From Candidatus Magasanikiibacteriota bacterium (GTDB lineage Bacteria; Patescibacteriota; Patescibacteriia; Magasanikbacterales; GWA2-37-8), in NCBI GenBank assembly GCA_016234265.1, contig JACRFW010000054.1, positions 1 to 49,236 on the forward strand: a DNA stretch of 49,236 nt, written 5' to 3'. Made by a program: the position numbers and the translations under genes. Within the stretch, counting starts at the first letter, position 1. Every line of letters begins with the position of its first letter. The notes under the pieces were generated by a model. It saw only the letters and a program-made list of their open reading frames with translations. It did not search any database and was not told where the DNA came from. This document shows, piece after piece, positions 1 through 7,779 of the stretch.

Positions 1-176
1 AGACCGGAAAGAGCGGATAAAAAAATATTGCCCCCATGCCGGCGAGCCAGACGAATAGCGTAACGAGCAACGCGGTCGGCGTGCTCAAAATCGTGACCGG
101 GCGCCGGATGCTCTTTCAGCCATGTCTTTACTTTTTTGTAAGTATAAACAAAAATTTCTCTTTCTCTTTTATTCAT
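1..176 (-). CDS. HD-domain phosphohydrolase, N-terminal part (gene runs off the left edge)
   Basis: Not in the ORF track because no stop falls inside the window. The ATG at 174-176 (rc) reads MNKREREIFVYTYKKVKTWLKEHPAPGHDFEHADRVARYAIRLARRHGG. The HD..H..RV pattern is typical of the HD superfamily. Confidence 0.5.
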   Translation of the reverse strand, partial: MNKREREIFVYTYKKVKTWLKEHPAPGHDFEHADRVARYAIRLARRHGGNIFLSALSG

Positions 177-199
177 AAAATATAAATTTATAGGCTCAC

Positions 200-208
200 A
201 GTATACTA
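200..208 (-). promoter_or_regulatory. -10 element TAGTATACT upstream of the HD-domain gene
   Basis: The rc of 200-208 is TAGTATACT, 23 nt upstream of the ATG at 176. The same T(G/A)nTATACT motif recurs before many genes in this window. Confidence 0.4.
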
Positions 209-244
209 ACGGAAAAAACTCTCTAAAGCAAGAGCACTGTAACT

Positions 245-272
245 AAAAACCATGCACCAGAACGGTGCATGG
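245..272 (-). terminator. Intrinsic terminator of the CxxC gene (hairpin family CCMTGNACC-AGAAC-GGTNCAKGG)
   Basis: A 9 bp stem, ccatgcacc (250-258) with ggtgcatgg (264-272), has loop agaac. The A-run at 245-249 gives a U-tract on the minus strand, 20 nt after the stop at 292. Confidence 0.55.
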
Positions 273-291
273 CTTGAAGTCTTTTTGAAGA

Positions 292-630
292 TTAACCGTT
301 GCGGCGAGCCTGCATGCAGTCTCGGCAATACACTGGTTTGTCGCCAGACGGTTGGAAAGGCAGCTGTGTAATAGCCGCTCCACAACCGGCACAGGTCAAG
401 TTGACGCTGTACATTTGGCGCGGGGGACGGCTCATGCCGCCGTTTCCCATGCCACCACCACGAGTTTGGCGGAACGCGCGATTGCATTCACTGCAATACA
501 CCGGTCGGTCGCCAGAAGGTTGGAAAGGCAGCTGTGAAATGTGAGCCCCGCATTTAGCGCAGGACAAGTCCACATCATACATTTGCCGATCGGTACCAAA
601 AGCCATAGAATTGTGACGTTTTGTTCCCAA
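292..630 (-). CDS. Tandem CxxC-x17-CxxC zinc-ribbon domain protein
   Basis: Two copies of C-x2-C-(17 aa)-C-x2-C share the core LPFQPSGD(R/K)PVYC. I counted 17 residues between the cysteine pairs. The pattern matches the CxxC-x17-CxxC domain family as I recall it. The track start is TTG at 630, and ATG at 606 (MAFGTDRQ) is an alternative. Confidence 0.8.
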   Translation of the reverse strand: MGTKRHNSMAFGTDRQMYDVDLSCAKCGAHISQLPFQPSGDRPVYCSECNRAFRQTRGGGMGNGGMSRPPRQMYSVNLTCAGCGAAITQLPFQPSGDKPVYCRDCMQARRNG

Positions 631-738
631 AATGTGTTTTGAGATCTTAATTAAGTTTTTCGACCTGCTCCCCCGACGTAACGCCGGGGTAAATTTTGGG
701 AACTTTGATAAACGCCGTTACCCAATTTATTGGAATAT

Positions 739-767
739 AGTATAGCACAAAATAGGAAAATTGTCAA
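739..767 (-). promoter_or_regulatory. Near-consensus sigma70-type promoter TTGACA-17-TATACT with TG extension
   Basis: The rc of 762-767 is TTGACA, followed by a 17 nt spacer. The rc of 739-747 is TGCTATACT. It drives the CxxC gene through a ~100-125 nt leader that contains the hairpin ccccgacg/cgccgggg at 671-689. Confidence 0.55.
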
Positions 768-786
768 CACAATTTCAGTTTTGAAC

Positions 787-1422
787 CTAAACAAGAGGTT
801 TTAAGGTTGTAATTGGCCGACTCTGGGTAATAAAAAGATTGTTTTTTTCCATGGCCCACTCTATATCACACGGGAAGCCGTAATGATCTTCAATATTTTT
901 AAATGCTTTGGCAAATTCAATGATCTGCCGACCAGAGAGCTTTTGTTTGCCGCCCTCGGCGGCGTTAAGCTCTACCCAATGATTTGCTCCGTGTTCGGAA
1001 TTGCCTGCCCCGCCCTTTACCAGCTTCTTCGTTTGCTCGCTCACCTGGATATCTAAAATGCTCCAATCGCTTTTACCAACCACATAGCTGTCTGGCGTCA
1101 CCAGCCCGCCGACAATGGCTTCACCAAGACCAAGCGCAACCTCTATGATCATCTGATTGTAATCTTCGGTCACTGGGTGCACGGTGAAGGCCACACCTGA
1201 CACTTCAGACTGCACCATTTTCTGAATAACGACCGCCACTGATACTTGCGCGTCAATGAGCCCCTTTTCATGACGATAAAAAATGGCGCGGGGTGTGAAG
1301 AGCGATGACCAACAGTGCTTCACTCGATCTAAAACATTTTTCTCGGTGGTGTTGAGATAAGTTTCCAACTCCCCGGCCCAGCTGGCAATAGACGAATCCT
1401 CGGCGGTGGCGCTGCTCCAATT
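787..1422 (-). pseudogene. 5'-truncated PEP/pyruvate-binding (PPDK_N, ATP-grasp) domain gene remnant
   Basis: The frame opens right after a TAA at 1423-1425. It reads NWSSATAEDSSIASWAGELETYLNTT ... DIEWAMEKNNLFITQSRPITT. SSATAED and DIEW..RPIT are PpsA/PPDK N-domain signatures that normally start about 100 aa into the domain. There is no ATG; the track M at 1368 is a TTG (Leu) inside the domain. Confidence 0.7.
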
Positions 1423-1673
1423 TTATGTTTGGAGAATAACTCCACCACCTTTTCCTTAAATTGAACATCCTGTTTGTATTTTTTATCCAATCTCTTAAAT
1501 ATATCCGAAGTATAATCGGACAGCTTTTCATCAATATAAACTCTGAGGTCATAATTAATCTCATTGATTCTTTTCTCCAGATGGTCAACACTTTCCTGCG
1601 TGGCCGCGTTGTCCTTGAGAAAACGCACTAACTCTAAAATTTCTTGGGTGTCGCTGGTATATTTTTTGGGCAT
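1329..1673 (-). CDS. Small coiled-coil-like hypothetical protein; the 3' end reads through into the pps remnant
   Basis: ATG at 1673 is preceded by a strong SD (AAGGAG, rc of 1681-1689) and its own promoter. The first ~78 aa (MPKKYTSDTQEILELVRFLKD...FSKHKI) look genuine. The last ~30 aa overlap the PPDK_N remnant in another frame. Confidence 0.55.
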   Translation of the reverse strand: MPKKYTSDTQEILELVRFLKDNAATQESVDHLEKRINEINYDLRVYIDEKLSDYTSDIFKRLDKKYKQDVQFKEKVVELFSKHKIGAAPPPRIRLLPAGPGSWKLISTPPRKMF

Positions 1674-1699
1674 AAAAATTTCTCCTTTGTTACCACTCC

Positions 1700-1728
1700 A
1701 TTATTTCACTCTCAAGTAACTATGTCAA
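1700..1728 (-). promoter_or_regulatory. Promoter TTGACA-17-AATAAT of the small ORF
   Basis: The rc of 1723-1728 is TTGACA, followed by a 17 nt spacer. The rc of 1700-1705 is AATAAT. Confidence 0.45.
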
Positions 1729-1740
1729 GCTAAAATTTTA

Positions 1741-1757
1741 GTGGATAACCTATCCAC
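1741..1757. promoter_or_regulatory. 17 bp palindrome GTGGATAacCTATCCAC (possible operator)
   Basis: 7 bp inverted arms lie just upstream of the -35 of the small ORF. The arms resemble DnaA-box halves, but I treat the site simply as an operator-like palindrome. Confidence 0.3.
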
Positions 1758-1782
1758 CGTATATCGTGGCTAAGATAAGAGA

Positions 1783-1802
1783 AAAGCCTAAAACAAGGCT
1801 TT
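1783..1802 (-). terminator. Putative terminator after the AAA+ ATPase gene
   Basis: Stem aaagcct/aggcttt with a 6 nt loop is followed on the minus strand by TCTCTTATCTT. It lies 80 nt after the stop at 1882. Confidence 0.4.
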
Positions 1803-1881
1803 TACGGCCATATTCGTGACCAGAATATCGCCCACCTTTACCTTTTCACTTTCGGCTGGTATGTACACCACATCGCCATCT

Positions 1882-3018
1882 TCATACCTCATGCGCCGTC
1901 ACCGTCACCAAAAAATTAGCAGGGGTAACAATAGTCAACGGCGCCGTAGGATACAAAGCTTTCCACTCACTAGGTATTCGCGTATTTTTTTCAGTTGACC
2001 ATTTACACTCAAAGCCGCTCACCGCCCCCTGTCTATCCTCAACATAATCAATTTCCTGCTGACCATAGGTGCGCCAGAAATAGCCCGGCACATCACTGCC
2101 ACGATTGCGATTATATTTCATCCGTTCACTGATCCAAAAATTCTCCCATAACACCCCCGCGTCGGTGCGCCGCGACAGTGGATTCAAATTATTGATGAGT
2201 GCGTTACGCATACCAGTATCGTAAAAATATATTTTACGAAGTTTGGCCAGCTCTTTACGGGGATTGCGGCTGTACGGTTTAAGACGGAAAATAATAAATG
2301 CCTGTTCCAACACTGTTATATATTTTTCTATCGTGACCCGATTGACGCCGAGCATTCGCGCCAGTTCGTTATATGAAACTTCATTGCCGATCTGCAAAGC
2401 CAACGCCGACAATAGTTTTTCCAGCACGTCGGGACGCCGGATATCTTCAAATTGTAATACATCTTTGTAGGCATAGCTTCTGGCCAGAGCTTTTAATTCT
2501 TCATCAACTTGCCCTTCTTCTGCCACTATAGCCGGGTACATACCATACAACAACCGACGTTCCAGAAGACGGCTCCACTCTAACGGAGAGTAGGAGGCGT
2601 TGAGTTCCGCAACGGAAAAGGGATACAAATAAAATTCATAACTGCGTCCGGTGAGCGGCTCCACCACTTGGTTGGACAGCTCAAACGACGACGAACCGGT
2701 AGCCACGACTTGAATGGCGGGATAGGTATCCACCAATAGCTTGAGAGTCAAACCAATATCTTTAACCCGCTGGGCTTCATCAATAAAAACTAATTTGGCC
2801 TCTCCCAAGTAGGCTTTAAGAGAGGTGGAGGTCGCACCCGTTAGGGCTTGACGTATATCTGGCTCATCACAATTTAAGTAGAGAGAAGCGGGATATTTTT
2901 TACGAATTTCATTAATCAGGGTGGTCTTTCCCACCTGCCTTGCTCCATACAGTATAATGGCCTTTCCCTTGAAGAGAACACCTTCAATTTTTTGCTGTAA
3001 TAAGCGTTTTATAGTCAT
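1882..3018 (-). CDS. AAA+ ATPase with C-terminal DUF4143-like domain (COG1373-type)
   Basis: Walker A is YGARQVGKTT and Walker B is LVFIDEAQ. A winged-helix-like segment (SYNELARMLGVNRVTIEKYITVLE) and a conserved C-terminal region (EIDYV...) fit the AAA_14/DUF4143 architecture. Confidence 0.85.
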   Translation of the reverse strand: MTIKRLLQQKIEGVLFKGKAIILYGARQVGKTTLINEIRKKYPASLYLNCDEPDIRQALTGATSTSLKAYLGEAKLVFIDEAQRVKDIGLTLKLLVDTYPAIQVVATGSSSFELSNQVVEPLTGRSYEFYLYPFSVAELNASYSPLEWSRLLERRLLYGMYPAIVAEEGQVDEELKALARSYAYKDVLQFEDIRRPDVLEKLLSALALQIGNEVSYNELARMLGVNRVTIEKYITVLEQAFIIFRLKPYSRNPRKELAKLRKIYFYDTGMRNALINNLNPLSRRTDAGVLWENFWISERMKYNRNRGSDVPGYFWRTYGQQEIDYVEDRQGAVSGFECKWSTEKNTRIPSEWKALYPTAPLTIVTPANFLVTVTAHEV

Positions 3019-3024
3019 ATTTTT

Positions 3025-3050
3025 AATTAGGATAGTATACTATCCTAATT
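3025..3050. promoter_or_regulatory. Perfect 26 bp palindrome containing the -10 (AGTATACT reads the same on both strands)
   Basis: aattaggatagta|tactatcctaatt; I verified the two halves are exact reverse complements. It ends 7 nt upstream of the ATPase ATG at 3018. Confidence 0.55.
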
Positions 3051-3147
3051 ATATAATAATTCAGATACTTTGTCAACCTGCCTGACCTGATTCGATTTTT
3101 CTCACTATCCCCTTCTCCGTCCAGTCATTCGACCGGACTCCGCGCGG

Positions 3148-4037
3148 TCAAGGAATTTTTCGTACTATCCCTCGCTCCGCGTCCACCTCCACCATGTCGC
3201 CGTCTTTGAAGACATGCGTCGCAATCTTTGTCCCAACGACGCACGGCTTTTTCATTTCGCGGGCGACGATGGCGGCGTGACAAGTTAAACCACCCATATT
3301 GGTAACAAAGGCATTGGCTTTTTTCATTATAGGCAATAGAGTTGGGTCAGTGACGTTAGAAACTAAAATATTACCATCCGTAAATTTACTCATTTCATCG
3401 GCGCGGTTGACAATTTTAACTCGCCCATGCACCTTACCAGAAAAAGCACATTCCCCATGTAGTTCATTTCTTATTTCTGGCGGAGGCAATTTGGCTCTGA
3501 TAGAATCAGTAATATTTCTAGCCGCCTCACCAGTCAATACATAAAAATTCTCCCCATCATAATATTGTACCGAGTAGCGAGCCAGCTCGTTAAAGAATTC
3601 TCAAGTTCCAAAATATTTGGAATCATCCCTAACGTCCATAATTGATGACTTATATTATGATAGCCAGAAAGAAGAGCGAGTTGTTCTCCGGAATCAGTGG
3701 GAAGCGTAGCCTTCAGATTAAAATCCTTTGACCAGTGCATCAAATCATCAGCTGTTTGACGGGTTTCCTGTAAAATAGTGGCTAGCTTGGTAGAATCAAT
3801 AATTATTTCCTCCAAAAAACGTCTGCCCAAGTCAGTCCATTCCGAGCGAGAAAAATAGTTACGATGAATATTCCCCTCTTGTTCAGCCACATATTGCGAC
3901 AGTCCATAGCTCAGTCTTTCTTTGATGGCGGAAACCATGCCCGGCACATAGCAACTGTGAAACCAAGAGATGCCAAACCATTCGCCGAATAAAAATGGGT
4001 CTTTTATTGTAAGTGGTTTCATAGTTTTCAAACTCAT
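3148..4037 (-). pseudogene. PEP-utilising enzyme (unknown N-domain plus His swivel/mobile domain), split by a -1 frameshift
   Basis: The C-terminal ORF carries GGLTCHAAIVAREM, the PEP-utilizers mobile-domain His motif. Upstream of its TTG, the same frame reads EFFNELARYSVQYYDGENFYVLTGEAARNI back to a TGA at 3601-3603. The upstream ORF leaves sensible sequence at ...PNILELE. One missing base near 3596-3605 would join the two. Confidence 0.65.
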
Positions 4038-4061
4038 TTTACTTTACTATTCCCCCTCTAA

Positions 4062-4085
4062 ATTAGCAACCATGTACCAGAGACG
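4062..4085 (-). terminator. Hairpin of the CCMTGNACC family downstream of the TraD-like gene
   Basis: ccatgtacc (4062-4070) pairs with ggtacatgg (4077-4085), loop agagac. The T-tract is weak. Degenerate half-sites follow at 4097 and 4147. Confidence 0.4.
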
Positions 4086-4166
4086 GTACATGGCGAACCC
4101 TGCACCAATAAGATGCGCGGTAAACCCCGCACCAGTCCGCCAGCCGGCAGAGGTACAGGGCTGTTT

Positions 4167-6221
4167 TTACTCGTCTAATTTCGTCACTTTTCCAGGCTGG
4201 AGAGTCTTGGATGGTGGTACTGATTCTGGAGGAGGCGGTGAAGGAGCAGGCCTTGGTTCTGGTGGTTTTACAACCGGAGGAGCGAGAGGTTTTGGTTCCG
4301 GCCCGCCTTCATCCCTTCGGGGATTCATCTGGGCAGGCGGCGGAGCGGCAGGAGAGTTGGTCGGCAAAAGACCCAGATCCATTGCTGAAGGCCCATTGTC
4401 CGATTTTGGTTCTGGGGCTGGTGGCCGAGCAGTATTTTCTTGACGCGGCCCGCCTTCGTCCCGTTTGGACTTCGGCGAGGTAAAAGCGGCGGCTTTGTTT
4501 CCACCAATTGCTTGCGCTAAAGAAATGCCTTTTTGGTTTGGGTCAACAAGCTGAACATGCTCGCCTGATGTTCCGGGTGGCGGGTTGCCGCGATTTCTGT
4601 TCTTCTTATTTCTATTACGACCACTTTCACCTTGATTGCCTGGCTGATTTTGTGGAGGTTTAGATGTAGGAGGGGGAGGCACCGGCCGCTGAATATTCTG
4701 TGTCGGTGGCTGGGGTTTTACAGTGGGAGTGGTGACGGGTTTTGTTGGCCCCCCTTCGCTACGCTTCGGAGAGGTAAATGCTGGTTTGGGAGCAGACACG
4801 GCGGGCGGTTTGGGAGCCGGTTCTTTTTTGAACATGGTTTCCTCTTCGTCTACATCCAGCTCCCCGGCCTCGTCGGCTCCCATCGGGATCATGCCGCTCC
4901 AGCGCATAATCTTGTCTTCAATATTTTCGCGGGGAACAGCGTAGCGCTCGCGCGAAACGCGCACGACTTTCTCGGTGCTGTGGGTGGAGGCCCCGATCGG
5001 CGGAAGGGTGGTCGCGCTGAAAGGGCGCGAAGCAACACCGTCAATCATTAATTTTAGATAGGTTTGATACTTGGGTAAATTGACCAAATCTTCTTCAACA
5101 AAAGTAGGCGCAAATTCTTTGGCTAAAATTTCCGCGTCGCTACTTCCCACCCGGAAGGTCACCATGGTACCGACGTTACCGATGACGGCGGCCAAGACCA
5201 GCTCATCCAGCTGTTCCATATATTGGTGGGCCATGACGAGATCAAGCCGATACTTGCGGGCTTCGGAAAGAATATTCGCAAAACTTTCCGTGGCGAAATT
5301 TTGAAATTCATCAACGTACAAAAAGAAATCCTTGCGAGTATTTTCGGGAATATCAACGCGTTCCATGGCGGCCAGCTGAATTTTGGTGATAAGCATACCG
5401 CCGAGCAGGCGCGAATTGTCCTCGCCGATGCGCCCCTTGGACAAGTTCATGATGAAAATCTTTTTACTATCCATGATGTCCCGAATATCAATGCGAGATT
5501 TGACCTGGGCGACAATATTGCGAATAACTGACGCGGACAAAAACTGACCAATCTTGTTTTGAATAGGCGCGACGGCTTCTTGTTTGTATTTGTCATTGTA
5601 GCCGGCGAATTCAGTGAGCCAAAAAGCTTTGACGACGGGATCTTTCAAATTGTTCACCACGCGACGGCGGTAGTCTTCATCGGCGAGCAAGCGATTGATG
5701 CCCAGAAGCGTGGTGCCCGGGTAGTCCAAGAGAGCCAAGAGTGTGTTGTTCAAAATGTATTCCATACGGGCGCTCCAGACATCGGGCCAGATCTTTTTGA
5801 AGACACCCATGAGGCCGGAGGCGACCAGATGGCGATATTCCGGATTGATGGATTCAAGAATGTTAAAACCAATCGGAAAGTTAACGTCGGCGGGGTTGAA
5901 ATACACGACGTCGTTGATGCGGTTGGAGGGTATGAAGTCAATAATTTTTTCAGCAAAGTCACCGTGCGGGTCAACCAGGCCGACACCGTGGCCGGCGTAG
6001 ATGTCGTTGAGGACCATGTTCTCCAAGATGGTCGTTTTACCCATGCCGGTCTTGCCGACCACATACATGTGGCGGCGGCGATCGTCGGTCTTGATGCCAA
6101 ATCTCCGGTTTTGATTCCGGAAATTGGTCATGCCAAAAAAGTTGATATCAGGATCAACTTTTATAACTGGCTCTTCACTAGGCTTGTTTTGAGTTTCGTC
6201 CATAGCATTAGTATACCCCAC
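4167..6221 (-). CDS. TraD/VirD4/TrwB-like (T4SS coupling protein-type) P-loop ATPase with a long Pro-rich C-terminal tail
   Basis: Walker A is VVGKTGMGKTT and Walker B is FFLYVDEFQNF, with a conserved MAHQY motif. The last 238 aa (4170-4883) are low complexity. The track start is GTG at 6221. ATG at 6203 (MDETQ) is more likely, because a TATACT -10 lies at 6208-6216. Confidence 0.8.
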   Translation of the reverse strand: MGYTNAMDETQNKPSEEPVIKVDPDINFFGMTNFRNQNRRFGIKTDDRRRHMYVVGKTGMGKTTILENMVLNDIYAGHGVGLVDPHGDFAEKIIDFIPSNRINDVVYFNPADVNFPIGFNILESINPEYRHLVASGLMGVFKKIWPDVWSARMEYILNNTLLALLDYPGTTLLGINRLLADEDYRRRVVNNLKDPVVKAFWLTEFAGYNDKYKQEAVAPIQNKIGQFLSASVIRNIVAQVKSRIDIRDIMDSKKIFIMNLSKGRIGEDNSRLLGGMLITKIQLAAMERVDIPENTRKDFFLYVDEFQNFATESFANILSEARKYRLDLVMAHQYMEQLDELVLAAVIGNVGTMVTFRVGSSDAEILAKEFAPTFVEEDLVNLPKYQTYLKLMIDGVASRPFSATTLPPIGASTHSTEKVVRVSRERYAVPRENIEDKIMRWSGMIPMGADEAGELDVDEEETMFKKEPAPKPPAVSAPKPAFTSPKRSEGGPTKPVTTPTVKPQPPTQNIQRPVPPPPTSKPPQNQPGNQGESGRNRNKKNRNRGNPPPGTSGEHVQLVDPNQKGISLAQAIGGNKAAAFTSPKSKRDEGGPRQENTARPPAPEPKSDNGPSAMDLGLLPTNSPAAPPPAQMNPRRDEGGPEPKPLAPPVVKPPEPRPAPSPPPPESVPPSKTLQPGKVTKLDE

Positions 6222-6253
6222 GGACGGCTATTTTTCAATTGTTTAAACTGAAA

Positions 6254-6961
6254 TTAGACGACGAAATATTTTTTCCAAACTTCAAAGAGTTCACAGGTCG
6301 CGCGCAGATCGCCCACATTGTACTTCGCAATGTCCACAAATTTTTTCTCTTTGAATAACCCGGCTACGTCGTCGCCGGACACCCCGTCCGCTTTGGGGCT
6401 TTTAATGCCAAAGGCCCGGCTCCAGAGGTGCAGACTCCCCCGGCGACGCATAGCGCCATAAAAACTAAGTTGATCAATGAGATCCACATGCTCGGCTCCG
6501 CGCTGCATGCTCAAATACCGATTGGACAACAAATTTTTAGATGGCTTAATGTGGTGCGCGGCCGAGCGCACGGCGAGGTAGGGCGCGTCAAACTGCCGGC
6601 CGTTGAAGGAAACAAACGTGGTGAATTTTTCTGCGACCTGCCAAAAACTGGCGAGCATCTCGGCTTCGGTCTTTTGTTTGAAGACAATACCCTCTTCTTC
6701 AAACTCATCATGCTTTTCTCCCGGCGCCTGATAATATACAGCGCCCTTGCCGCGCTCCACGTCTAAAATGCCAATGGCAACAATTTGCCCGGTGAGCGGA
6801 GAAAATCCGAGGCCATTTTTGACATCATCAAGAGCGTGCTCGTATTCATCATCATCGTACGATTCGCGTTTGAGCCACCGCGTGAGCATGGTCTGCGTGG
6901 TCTCGTCAAGCAGGTTGTAATCTTCGCCGATGGTTTCAATGTCAAAAACGAGGGCGGACAT
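6254..6961 (-). CDS. 3'-5' exonuclease, PolB-exonuclease-like (RNase H fold)
   Basis: Exo motifs are FDIET, NGRQFDAPYL and YNVGDL. The size and layout fit the stand-alone PolB-exo-like family (COG3298-type). Confidence 0.75.
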   Translation of the reverse strand: MSALVFDIETIGEDYNLLDETTQTMLTRWLKRESYDDDEYEHALDDVKNGLGFSPLTGQIVAIGILDVERGKGAVYYQAPGEKHDEFEEEGIVFKQKTEAEMLASFWQVAEKFTTFVSFNGRQFDAPYLAVRSAAHHIKPSKNLLSNRYLSMQRGAEHVDLIDQLSFYGAMRRRGSLHLWSRAFGIKSPKADGVSGDDVAGLFKEKKFVDIAKYNVGDLRATCELFEVWKKYFVV

Positions 6962-6981
6962 ATAAAATCCTAATTTTAAAT

Positions 6982-7065
6982 TGTCATTCCCAACTTGATT
7001 GGGAATCCATCGCCAGACTTTTGTTCAAGTTTGTCTTATGGATTCCCGCTTTCGCGGGAATGACA
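6982..7065 (+). repeat. MITE/REP-like element, family A, copy 1 (84 bp)
   Basis: tgtcattcccaacttgattgggaatccatcgccagac...ggattcccgctttcgcgggaatgaca. It has two ATTCCC/GGGAAT hairpins and TGTCA/TGACA termini. It is near-identical to the copies at 7780 and 9431. Confidence 0.9.
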
Positions 7066-7071
7066 CCCGCT

Positions 7072-7758
7072 TTACTTCTCCTCGATTGTCACGCTATTAA
7101 CCACGACCGGATTGACTGGCGTTGAACCTTCGCCGCCGGCCGTGACTGGGGCGGTCGCAATGGCATCCACGACATCAAGCCCTTGTGTCACTTTACCAAA
7201 AATGATGTAATTTTTCGGCAGGGGCACATCCTGGTGCATAATAAAAAATTGGCTACCGTTGGTATTTGGCCCGGCATTCGCCATCGCCACCGCGCCGCGC
7301 GTGTAATTGCCCTTGAATGGCTCATCGGCAAAACGATAGCCCGGGCCGCCGGTGCCATTGCCCTCCGGGTCGCCGCCCTGAATCATAAAATTTTTAATGA
7401 TCCGATGGAAAATCGTGCCGTCGTAAAAATGTTCCCGCGCCAGAGAAACAAAATTATTCACGGTATTCGGCGTCGCGGCCGCATTCAGACTGATAACGAT
7501 ATTTCCAGCGGTGGTGGCGAGCGTAGCGGTATATTTTTTATGTTTATCTATGGTGAGCGGAAATGGTTTCATAAAGGCATTATTCTTAGCGGGCGCCGGT
7601 TTTCCCGGTGATGCCGGATTATTCAAATCAATACTGGCCAAAGAAATCTGGTCCAATGAAGGCGGCGATGGCTCTTCTCTCTTTTGACCGCCCAGGCCAT
7701 AGACGGCGAGCCAGACCAAAAAGCCGGCACTGAAAAAAATAATAATTAAACGCATCAT
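7072..7758 (-). CDS. Cyclophilin-type peptidyl-prolyl cis-trans isomerase, membrane-anchored or secreted
   Basis: FHRIIKNFMIQGGDP and GSQFFI motifs, plus an N-terminal hydrophobic helix. Confidence 0.9.
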   Translation of the reverse strand: MMRLIIIFFSAGFLVWLAVYGLGGQKREEPSPPSLDQISLASIDLNNPASPGKPAPAKNNAFMKPFPLTIDKHKKYTATLATTAGNIVISLNAAATPNTVNNFVSLAREHFYDGTIFHRIIKNFMIQGGDPEGNGTGGPGYRFADEPFKGNYTRGAVAMANAGPNTNGSQFFIMHQDVPLPKNYIIFGKVTQGLDVVDAIATAPVTAGGEGSTPVNPVVVNSVTIEEK

Positions 7759-7779
7759 ATTTTTACAGTTGTTATTTAG

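Noticed and set aside
3534-3537. The idea that the TGA ending the 3534..4037 ORF is read as an amino acid (alternative code 25, as in some CPR relatives)
   Set aside because: The downstream ORF is in a different frame, so read-through would not join them. Many well-defined genes here (HIT, rplI, ctpA) terminate with TGA at the expected protein ends.
5559-6251. 230 aa plus-strand ORF, and others at 4632..5051 and 5223..5531, antisense to the TraD-like gene
   Set aside because: They lie antisense to a gene with clear Walker motifs. Their composition is odd and they have no start context.
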